From Dehalococcoidia bacterium UBA1162 (lineage in GTDB: Bacteria; Chloroflexota; Dehalococcoidia; GIF9; UBA5629): 64,000 nucleotides of DNA. Positions 10,432 to 18,087 of the stretch are shown piece after piece. Positions within the stretch are counted from its first letter, which is position 1, and every line of letters begins with the position of its first letter. The stretch is from positions 121,708 to 185,707 of the forward strand of contig DBZK01000020.1 in NCBI GenBank assembly GCA_002311135.1, read 5' to 3'. The position numbers and the translations under genes are program-made. The notes below the pieces were generated by a model. It saw only the letters and a program-made list of their open reading frames with translations. It did not search any database and was not told where the DNA came from.

Positions 10432-11307
10432 TCACCACAAACTCTCGGTTTTGGCTATACCCTGTGGCCTGACAATTAGCATGATGATTACCACGATTAA
10501 AGCTGCCAGGTTCATCAGTCGGGGCTCGCCAAGGGGGAAGGATACGAAGGAATGTGCAAAGCCAATAATATAGCTGGCGATAATGGTGCCCCTGATATTG
10601 CCCAGGCCGCCCATAACCGATACCAGTATGGCGGTTGTCATGTAGCCCCATCCCATGTCCGGGTTGACTGCAAGCACGGGGGCAATCATCAGCATGGCAA
10701 TAATGACTGGAATAACCACTATTACCATGATAAACATATATAACTGTTCGACCTGGATTCCCATCATCTTGGCGGAATTAATATCATATGAAATAGCGCG
10801 TGCGGCCAGCCCGGTCTTGGTCTTAAGAAAAAAGAGCACGAACAAGGCAGTGACTACAATGCCGGTTATGGCAGCCAGGACCATCTGTATGGGAACAGTG
10901 GTGGAACCGACGTTTAGAGTGCCGTCTATGATCGTGGTAGGCAGGTTTACGGCGCTCTGTATGGGATACCACTTGTTGGCGGCCGCGTTGGCAATAATTG
11001 CCACCAGCAGTAGCCCGGTAATGATCTTCTCTTCTTGTTTTAAATATTTGGCTATAATGCCGTAATAAAGACCGATGGCTATAGCGGCCTGCAGCACCAC
11101 CATCAATAAAATGGACGGCCACAGCGGCAGGTTGAGCGTGTGGAAAAACATCCAGGTCAGGTAAATGGTGGCTACAAATATATAAGCATAGCCAAGATGG
11201 AAGATCCTCAGGACACCGCATATCAGGGAGAAACCCAGAGAAACCAACAGATAAAGAGAGCCGAGAAGAAAGGTGTAGATCAGCGTTATCTCAATTGTTT
11301 CGAACAC
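10432..11307 (-). CDS. livH: ABC transporter permease LivH
   Basis: 291 aa, polytopic, LivH-like. GTG start at 11307. Confidence 0.8.
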   Translation of the reverse strand: MFETIEITLIYTFLLGSLYLLVSLGFSLICGVLRIFHLGYAYIFVATIYLTWMFFHTLNLPLWPSILLMVVLQAAIAIGLYYGIIAKYLKQEEKIITGLLLVAIIANAAANKWYPIQSAVNLPTTIIDGTLNVGSTTVPIQMVLAAITGIVVTALFVLFFLKTKTGLAARAISYDINSAKMMGIQVEQLYMFIMVIVVIPVIIAMLMIAPVLAVNPDMGWGYMTTAILVSVMGGLGNIRGTIIASYIIGFAHSFVSFPLGEPRLMNLAALIVVIIMLIVRPQGIAKTESLW

Positions 11308-11362
11308 TTTCTTCTCTTTATTTGATTATTTCTTTATCTCCCCACTCACTCACCGAAGGGTG

Positions 11363-11391
11363 ATATTAACAGATATTTTGGGCACTGTCAA
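11363..11391 (-). promoter_or_regulatory. sigma70-like promoter for liv/CoA-transferase operon (TTGACA-17-TAATAT on minus strand)
   Basis: Reverse complement reads TTGACA gtgcccaaaatatctgt TAATAT, about 55 nt upstream of the livH start. Confidence 0.5.
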
Positions 11392-11424
11392 TGGATTTTA
11401 TGTAAATATCTACACGTGTGGTTA

Positions 11425-11444
11425 AATTTATTCGCGAATAAATT
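11425..11444. promoter_or_regulatory. 20-bp perfect palindrome AATTTATTCGCGAATAAATT (candidate operator) in AT-rich divergent intergenic region
   Basis: Exact dyad symmetry. Sits about 35 bp upstream of the -35 of the liv promoter. A second palindrome ACACGTGT lies at 11412-11419. Confidence 0.4.
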
Positions 11445-11585
11445 ATATATAGAAAGAACTCCTACATATTGTTTAAGTAATTAATCAATTATCGGTGGCA
11501 CGCCTCTGCAACTTAAATTGACAATTAAGCTGTCGACGCATTACCATCACTTACCGTAACTACATATAGCCATATCTTTAAGTAA

Positions 11586-12947
11586 ATGAACAAACCTCTT
11601 TTTGGAACGAGCGGTGTGCGGGGTGTAGTAAATCAGGACCTCACTCCCGAACTGTGTAAAAATGTAGCAAGGGCGCTGGGAACTGCGTTGCCGCAGGGGT
11701 CCGCAGTCTGCGTCGGTACCGACTCCCGGTTAAGCCGGGAGCTTATTAAAAACGCTGTGACTGAAGGGCTGACTGAGTGTGGTATAAATGTCGCCCATCT
11801 CGGTATAGTGCCGACCCCTGCCCTGGCACTGTTGACGCGTGAAATCGGCTTCGACGCCGGTGTTATGATCACCGCCTCACATAATCCGCCGGAGTTCAAC
11901 GGAATCAAGCTTTTCAACAACGATTCCATTGGCTACAGCCGAGTCCAGGAAGAGGCGCTTGAGAAAATATACTATGACGGCAACTTCAGGAAAGGCCAGA
12001 CCGGAGCAGTCGAGGCAGTCCCACGCATGAAGGACAAGTACTTCGAATACTTAAAGACACTTATACGCGGTTGGGATTTTAATTTAGCACTTAAATTAAT
12101 GATCGACCCCGGCAACGGGGCCGCCTCCGGCATCGCCAGCGAGATATTTGAGAAGCTCGGCTTCAAAATAATACCGGTCAATGACTTCCCCGATGGCCGT
12201 TTCCCCGGGCGGAGCGCGGAACCCAGGGAGGATACACTACAGGGCACAATTAAGTTCTTGCGTCAGAAAAACGCCGACCTGGCCATTTGCTTTGACGGTG
12301 ACGCAGACCGGGTGGTTTTTTGCGACCAACAGGGCTTTCTGGGGTTCAATGAAATGATAGCTTTTATTGCCCGTCATGCCATCCGTTCATCCGGGAAGAA
12401 GCTGGTAGCCACTACGGTGGAAACCGGCATATTGTTAGACCTTGCCGTGCAGGACCTGGGCGCCACAGTCATCAGGGGAAAGGTTGGCGATGTTTACGCC
12501 GCTCATCTTGCCAGAGATAATAATGCAGCGCTGGGGGTTGAATCCGTGGGAGTCTATATACTGCCCGAAGCGGGCTATTATCCAGAAAGCATCTTCGCGG
12601 CCATAATGCTCTTAAGCTCTATTAAAAACGTCTCCGAGATACGCCAGTTCTTCAAGACGCTACCCCCGTTGCATTACGACAAGGACAAAGTTGAATGTCC
12701 CAACGAGCTTAAAATTGCGACCATGGAAAGCATCAAAGGGCGGGCAGCAACTCTTCAAGCTGCCGGCATGAATGATCTCGACGGACTAAGGTTTGAGTTC
12801 GGCGACGCCTGGATGCTGATAAGGGCCAGCGGCACCGAGCCGGCCATCCGGGTTCTGGCAGAATCCAGGCAGGCAGCCCGGACACGTGAACTTATAACTA
12901 AGGGCGTTGCAAGCGTAAAAGAGGCCTTAAAAGAGGTGGGAAAATGA
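11586..12947 (+). CDS. phosphohexomutase (archaeal-type phosphoglucosamine mutase / phosphomannomutase)
   Basis: 453 aa. LFGTSGVRGV N-terminus, TASHNPPEFNGIK active-site serine loop, DGDADR Mg-binding motif. Confidence 0.8.
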   Translation: MNKPLFGTSGVRGVVNQDLTPELCKNVARALGTALPQGSAVCVGTDSRLSRELIKNAVTEGLTECGINVAHLGIVPTPALALLTREIGFDAGVMITASHNPPEFNGIKLFNNDSIGYSRVQEEALEKIYYDGNFRKGQTGAVEAVPRMKDKYFEYLKTLIRGWDFNLALKLMIDPGNGAASGIASEIFEKLGFKIIPVNDFPDGRFPGRSAEPREDTLQGTIKFLRQKNADLAICFDGDADRVVFCDQQGFLGFNEMIAFIARHAIRSSGKKLVATTVETGILLDLAVQDLGATVIRGKVGDVYAAHLARDNNAALGVESVGVYILPEAGYYPESIFAAIMLLSSIKNVSEIRQFFKTLPPLHYDKDKVECPNELKIATMESIKGRAATLQAAGMNDLDGLRFEFGDAWMLIRASGTEPAIRVLAESRQAARTRELITKGVASVKEALKEVGK

Positions 12948-14263
12948 AAGTTGTCTTCCTGTGCGGTGGAGTGGGCAAGAGGATGTTCCCCATAACTGAA
13001 GACAAGTTCCTGCTGGATTTTCTGGGCAGGACTTTGCTGGAGCACCAGGTATCGATGGCGCGTGATGCCGGCCTCAATGATTTTATCATCATTGGAAATC
13101 CGGGCAATATCGAGCAGATCAAACAGGTTGTATCAACGGTCAGCGGCCCCAGATTCGAATTTGCCCTGCAGGCCAAGCCGCTGGGGATAGCGGATGCCCT
13201 GAAATGTGCACAACCATTTCTCGACAGAGAAATCTTGATAGTTAATCCTAACGATGTCTTCCACGCCTCGGCTTACGGCGTTTTGCTCGACGCCTTTAAG
13301 AAAGGAAAGTCCTCGTCCTATATGCTGGGCTATGAAGTCAAGCAATACTTTCCGGGCGGATACCTGGCCGTCAACGGGCAAGGTGAGCTAACACGAATTG
13401 TCGAAAAACCCGAACCCGGCACCGAACCCTCCAACCTTGTGAACATCCTGCTTCACCTTCATACCGACACCGGCAAGCTGTTCGGATATGTAGCAAAGGT
13501 TAAGACTAAAAAGGACGATGTATACGAGTGCGCCATGGATGACATGGTAAAGGAGGGGCATAAGATCAGCGTCGTCCCTTATAATGGGTTCTGGGCCCCT
13601 ATCAAGTACCCCTGGCACATCTTCGATATAGTTAACGATTTCCTCAGTGCCGGTGAACGACAAATCGCTCCTTCCGCATCTATATCCGATCAAGCCGTCG
13701 TTGCCGGCAAGGTGATTATCGGTGAAAACGTGCGCATTTTAGAAAATGCCGTGGTGCGGGGGCCTGTCTATATCGGGCCGAATACAGTGATCGGCAACAA
13801 CGCACTGGTCCGGGATAATTCTCATATCGGGGCCGACTGTGTAATAGGTTTTTCTACTGAGATAAAAGGTTCCTACATCGGCGACGGTTGCTGGTTCCAT
13901 TCCAGCTATATCGGCGATTCGATTATCGGCAATAATTGTTCTTTCGGCGCAGGCAGCATAACGGCCAACTTCCGCTTTGATGAAAATGAAATATTGGTCC
14001 GGCGCCATGAAAAGCCGATAGGGACAGGAAGGGACCACTTCGGCGCCATCATCGGTGATAACTGCAAAACTGGTATCAACTCTGGGATACTGCCCGGCCG
14101 GCGCGTCGGCCCCAACTCGATAGTTGGGTCTCACGTATGCCTGAACACAGACCTCGAACCAAATACTATCGCCCTATATCAGCCGTCCATCAAATACATG
14201 AAGAACGATATTAAATTAAAAAATCTCGATAAACATGAGATACAGAAAAAACTCGGGAAATAA
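12944..14263 (+). CDS. sugar-1-phosphate nucleotidyltransferase with C-terminal left-handed beta-helix (GlmU-like / GDP-mannose pyrophosphorylase-like, archaeal-type)
   Basis: LCGGVGKRMFPIT pyrophosphorylase motif at the N-terminus. Hexapeptide repeats (IGDNCKTGINSGILPGRRVGPNSIVG) at the C-terminus. 4-nt overlap with the upstream mutase. Confidence 0.75.
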   Translation: MKVVFLCGGVGKRMFPITEDKFLLDFLGRTLLEHQVSMARDAGLNDFIIIGNPGNIEQIKQVVSTVSGPRFEFALQAKPLGIADALKCAQPFLDREILIVNPNDVFHASAYGVLLDAFKKGKSSSYMLGYEVKQYFPGGYLAVNGQGELTRIVEKPEPGTEPSNLVNILLHLHTDTGKLFGYVAKVKTKKDDVYECAMDDMVKEGHKISVVPYNGFWAPIKYPWHIFDIVNDFLSAGERQIAPSASISDQAVVAGKVIIGENVRILENAVVRGPVYIGPNTVIGNNALVRDNSHIGADCVIGFSTEIKGSYIGDGCWFHSSYIGDSIIGNNCSFGAGSITANFRFDENEILVRRHEKPIGTGRDHFGAIIGDNCKTGINSGILPGRRVGPNSIVGSHVCLNTDLEPNTIALYQPSIKYMKNDIKLKNLDKHEIQKKLGK

Positions 14264-14976
14264 TGCCTGACGTAAAGAGTATCAAGCTACCCAGACATGT
14301 TGCCATCATCATGGACGGTAACGGCCGCTGGGCTAAAAAACGTCATAAGCCACGCATATTCGGCCATGAGCAAGGGGCATTGCACGCCCGCGATTTCGTG
14401 GAATTTTTTTCCGGGTATGGCATCCCCTATTTAACGCTCTATGCGTTCTCGACGGAGAACTGGAACCGGCCCAAAGCCGAGGTTGACAGCATCATCAAAT
14501 TACTTTCAGAGCACCTGGATGAAGCCATTAAAATCGCCCATGCCAAAAACATCCGCATCAAACACCTTGGCAGGATGGACAGGCTTTCACCGGGCATCCA
14601 GAAAAAAGCAAGGCAGGCTATCAATCTGACCAAAGGCAATACAGGCCTGACGGTCAGCATCGCCTTCAATTACGGCGGCCGGAGCGAGATTGTTGATGCT
14701 GTTCAGAATATAATCCGCAGGAAGTTAGACGCCGATAAAATTGATGAGGCTCTATTTTCAAAATACCTTTATACAGCGGGTATGCCTGATCCCGATCTGT
14801 TCATCCGTACGGGAGATGAAATGCGCCTCAGCAATTTCCTGATCTGGCAGGCGGCTTATGCTGAGCTTTATTTTACTCCGGTTCTCTGGCCTGATTTTGG
14901 CAGGGAAGAATTGGAGAAGGCGCTTGTCGATTACAGCAGGCGGCATCGGAGATTTGGCGGTCTGCGCACCGTGTAG
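14263..14976 (+). CDS. uppS: isoprenyl transferase (undecaprenyl-diphosphate synthase)
   Basis: HVAIIMDGNGRWA, YLTLYAFSTENWNRP and RTGDEMRLSNFL are cis-prenyltransferase signatures. TAATG stop/start overlap with the upstream gene. Confidence 0.9.
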   Translation: MPDVKSIKLPRHVAIIMDGNGRWAKKRHKPRIFGHEQGALHARDFVEFFSGYGIPYLTLYAFSTENWNRPKAEVDSIIKLLSEHLDEAIKIAHAKNIRIKHLGRMDRLSPGIQKKARQAINLTKGNTGLTVSIAFNYGGRSEIVDAVQNIIRRKLDADKIDEALFSKYLYTAGMPDPDLFIRTGDEMRLSNFLIWQAAYAELYFTPVLWPDFGREELEKALVDYSRRHRRFGGLRTV

Positions 14977-14985
14977 TATTCCATC

Positions 14986-15010
14986 AAGGACTCCTGGGTG
15001 GATAGTCCTT
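14986..15010 (+). other. weak stem-loop (7-bp stem, 11-nt loop) between uppS and reductase gene
   Basis: aaggact...agtcctt. No T-tract follows, so it is not a convincing terminator. Confidence 0.2.
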
Positions 15011-15023
15011 CCTGAACTTAAAT

Positions 15024-16220
15024 ATGTATGATGTAATTATTGTTGGAGCGGGCATTGCGGGCAGCTATACCGCCGGCAAGCTGGCAGGGCAGGGGTTACG
15101 CGTCTGCGTACTTGAGAAGAACGCCCATGCCGGGCATAAGTCAAGCTGTACCGGTATCGTCAGCAGGGACTGCTTCGAACTGCTTCCTGTGGATACAAGA
15201 ATAGTTCAGTGGCAGGCTCGCTCTGCTAAGATATTCTCCCCCTCGGGTAAATATATCCGGGTTGAACGTGAAACGACCCAGGCTTATATACTCGACAGGC
15301 CAGCTTTGGATCTTAGTATAGCCAAACAGGCAGAGGCAAGCGGCGCCGAATTTCACTTTTCCACATATGTATCCGGCATCCACAAGGATGCAAAATCAGT
15401 CCGCGTGCAGGGGTCCGACAAGAACGGGCAAGTCAGCTTTGAATCCAAGGTGGTTGTCATTGCCAGCGGCTTTGGGACCTCGTTTACAAAGGCCCTGGGC
15501 CTCGGCCAGATAAACGAGTACGCCCAGGGTGCACAGGTTGAGGTCGTCAACAAGGACATTGAAGAAGTCGAAGTATATTCAGGGACAGATATCGCTCCGG
15601 GTTTCTTTGCCTGGCTGGTGCCTGCAGGCGCCGGGAGGGCCAAAGCCGGCCTGCTGTGCAGGAATAACCCCGGACCGTACATAAAAATCCTCCTTGAACA
15701 TCTTCAACAGCAGGGCAAAATAGAAGCTGTCAGGAGCAATATAAGCTACGGCGCCGTACCATTAAAGCCGCTGGCCAGGACTTATGCCGACCGCCTGATA
15801 GTCATTGGTGATGCCGCCGGACAGGTCAAGCCTACGACAGGGGGGGGGATCTATTTTGGGCTGCTGTGCGCCCGGATAGCTGTCGGAACTATATGCGACA
15901 CTATTAAAAATAATAATTTTTCGGCAAGGAACCTGTCAGTCTATCAAAAGAAGTGGCACGAGATGCTCAAGCGTGAGCTGGCTATCGATTACTGGGCGCA
16001 CAAATTTTACCGTAAACTCAGTGACCGGCAAATAGAACACATATTCGATATAATCGAACACCATAGTATCCACGAGTCCCTGCTGGCTTCGCCGGATATC
16101 ACCTTTGACTGGCACAGCAACGTTATTCTTGACGCCATTAAGCACCGCTCACTGGATAAGTCCCTGGGAAAGCTTAACCTCCGGTTAGCCAGCCACTCCA
16201 ACAATTCAAAGCGCAGGTAA
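15024..16220 (+). CDS. geranylgeranyl reductase family FAD-dependent oxidoreductase
   Basis: VIIVGAGIAGSYTA FAD fold. GGR-family length (398 aa) and conserved Cys-containing N-terminal region. Confidence 0.8.
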   Translation: MYDVIIVGAGIAGSYTAGKLAGQGLRVCVLEKNAHAGHKSSCTGIVSRDCFELLPVDTRIVQWQARSAKIFSPSGKYIRVERETTQAYILDRPALDLSIAKQAEASGAEFHFSTYVSGIHKDAKSVRVQGSDKNGQVSFESKVVVIASGFGTSFTKALGLGQINEYAQGAQVEVVNKDIEEVEVYSGTDIAPGFFAWLVPAGAGRAKAGLLCRNNPGPYIKILLEHLQQQGKIEAVRSNISYGAVPLKPLARTYADRLIVIGDAAGQVKPTTGGGIYFGLLCARIAVGTICDTIKNNNFSARNLSVYQKKWHEMLKRELAIDYWAHKFYRKLSDRQIEHIFDIIEHHSIHESLLASPDITFDWHSNVILDAIKHRSLDKSLGKLNLRLASHSNNSKRR

Positions 16221-16256
16221 ACAAAGGCCCACTATCATTCCGCATACTTAGCCCGT

Positions 16257-16285
16257 CTTGCACTTTCAATTAAGATATGATATTA
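16257..16285 (+). promoter_or_regulatory. sigma70-like promoter (TTGCAC-17-TATTAT) for nusA operon
   Basis: TTGCAC at 16257-16262, 17-nt spacer, TATTAT at 16280-16285. Confidence 0.5.
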
Positions 16286-16308
16286 TTTTACTGCATTCAA
16301 TACTCGTC

Positions 16309-16337
16309 CAAAAAGTGGGTCCTAGTACCCACTTTTT
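16309..16337 (+). terminator. intrinsic-terminator-like hairpin in nusA 5' leader (candidate NusA-dependent attenuator)
   Basis: aaaaagtgggt-cctagt-acccacttttt is an 11-bp perfect stem followed by T-run. It lies downstream of the promoter and 36 nt upstream of the nusA ATG. Confidence 0.45.
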
Positions 16338-16372
16338 TATTGAAAAAATGAATATGAGGGAAATTGGCTTAA

Positions 16373-17788
16373 ATGGCAAAGACTGAGTTTATGAATGCCC
16401 TCATGCAGCTTGCGGCGGAAAAGAACCTGCCCAAGGAAATAGTATTGACTGCGCTGGAATCAGCCTTGGTTTCAGCTTACAGGAAAGAGGCATACACTCA
16501 CGGAGAGGATATCGCCGTTAAGATTCACCCCATCACTGGCGAGGTCAAGCTCACGCTTAAGAAGGTTGTGGCCGAGACGCCGGAGGATGAATACCGCGAG
16601 GTTTCACTTAAAGAAGCCAAGAAAAAAGATAAAACACTCAAGGTTGGAGACACGGTAGTCGTCGATATACCGCCCCCTAATGCAGGACGCATACCCGCAC
16701 AGATTGCCAAACAGGTCATACTTCAGAAGCTTCACGATGCCGAGCGCGGTGCCATCTACGAGGAATTCGTAGGCAAAGAAGGTGAAATCATCACCGGAAC
16801 CGTCCAGCGCGTAACGCCCGAGCACGTCGTGGTGGACATAGGTAAGACCGAGGCCATCATACCGCAAAATGAGAAGGTGCCCACCGAGCGCTACCGGCAG
16901 GGACAGCGTTTAAAGCTTTATATAGTTGAAGTAGCCAGGACAACCAGGGGACCACAGGTCATCGCCTCGAGGGCGCATCGCAACCTTTTGCGGGATCTGC
17001 TTATACTGGAAATCCCGGAGATATCCAGCGGCACAGTAGAGATCAAGGCTGTAGCCAGGGAGGCCGGATATCGCAGCAAGGTGGCTGTGACCACCCGCCA
17101 AAGCAACATCGATCCGGTAGGCTGCTGCGTGGGACTGCGTGGCATCCGCATTCAGAATATAGTCAATGAGCTGAGCGGAGAGAAAATAGATGTAGTGCAG
17201 TGGTCCGACGATCCCAAAGTGTTTATAGCCAATGCCCTTAGCCCGGCACAGGTACTTGGCGTTTCTTTGAATGAAACTGAGACCACAGCGCTGGTCAAGG
17301 TTCCCGATAAGCATCTTTCACTAGCCATTGGAAAGGAAGGGCAAAACGTTAGGCTGGCAGCCAAGCTAACCGGCTGGCGCATTGATATCAAGAGCGCGTC
17401 AGAACTGGAAGCCGAAAAGGCCCTGCAAAAGCCGGAGCATGCGGAAGCCGAAGCCGCTGAAGAAGAGGAAATAGGAGCGGAAGTATCCACCGGAGAACCG
17501 GAAGAGGCCGAGTTGGAACCTGAAGTGGCGGAGGCTATACTGGCGGCTGCAACAACGGAAGAACAGGCACAGGGACAGGAAATCGAGATATTAATGCCGG
17601 TTGAAACGGGCCCTTCTCAGCCCTCCAAGATACGCTTCGCCGAGGAGATCATGGCAGGCCGTGAAGGCAAGGCCAAGAAGAAGGAGACCGTCAAGAAAGA
17701 GGCCGAGGGTAAAGACACGGGCGTTAAAGCTAAGAAGGCCAAGCATAAGAAGACCGTATATTATGAAGACGAAGACGCCGAAGGATGA
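16373..17788 (+). CDS. nusA: transcription termination/antitermination factor NusA
   Basis: N-terminal domain, S1 and KH domains. Long acidic then Lys-rich C-terminal tail. Confidence 0.95.
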   Translation: MAKTEFMNALMQLAAEKNLPKEIVLTALESALVSAYRKEAYTHGEDIAVKIHPITGEVKLTLKKVVAETPEDEYREVSLKEAKKKDKTLKVGDTVVVDIPPPNAGRIPAQIAKQVILQKLHDAERGAIYEEFVGKEGEIITGTVQRVTPEHVVVDIGKTEAIIPQNEKVPTERYRQGQRLKLYIVEVARTTRGPQVIASRAHRNLLRDLLILEIPEISSGTVEIKAVAREAGYRSKVAVTTRQSNIDPVGCCVGLRGIRIQNIVNELSGEKIDVVQWSDDPKVFIANALSPAQVLGVSLNETETTALVKVPDKHLSLAIGKEGQNVRLAAKLTGWRIDIKSASELEAEKALQKPEHAEAEAAEEEEIGAEVSTGEPEEAELEPEVAEAILAAATTEEQAQGQEIEILMPVETGPSQPSKIRFAEEIMAGREGKAKKKETVKKEAEGKDTGVKAKKAKHKKTVYYEDEDAEG

Positions 17789-18083
17789 TAACATTGGGCA
17801 GGCGACCCGGCCTAAACACATTCCTCAGCGCGCCTGCATAGCGTGCCGCCAGTCTCGCGGCAAAAGGGATTTGATCCGCCTCGTTTACTCCACCGATTTT
17901 GTGGAAATAGACCTCAAGGGCAAAAAGCCGGGCAGGGGCGTATATATTTGCTCCCGTAAGAAATGCTGGGAAGCTGCCCTGAAAGGCAACCGTATTGAAT
18001 ATGGACTACGAACTAAATTATCAGCAGAGAACCGGCACACGCTGCTTGAATACGGCGGAAGTTTACCGGAAAAGGAAGATTGA
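17763..18083 (+). CDS. ylxR: YlxR/RnpM (DUF448) RNA-binding protein
   Basis: ACIACRQSRGKRDLIRLV...GRGVYIC is the YlxR CxxC signature in the canonical nusA-ylxR-infB position. The ATG at 17763 overlaps the nusA 3' end by 26 nt. The tool ORF from 17601 is an out-of-frame read-through of the nusA tail. Confidence 0.65.
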   Translation: MKTKTPKDDNIGQATRPKHIPQRACIACRQSRGKRDLIRLVYSTDFVEIDLKGKKPGRGVYICSRKKCWEAALKGNRIEYGLRTKLSAENRHTLLEYGGSLPEKED

Positions 18084-18087
18084 TTAA

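Noticed and set aside
11308-11585. Possible tRNA or CRISPR content in the long AT-rich intergenic region; CRISPR arrays anywhere in window
   Set aside because: No T-loop (GTTCRANYC) or cloverleaf-compatible segments and no direct repeat-spacer periodicity anywhere in the 64 kb. The region is better explained as divergent promoters plus operator.
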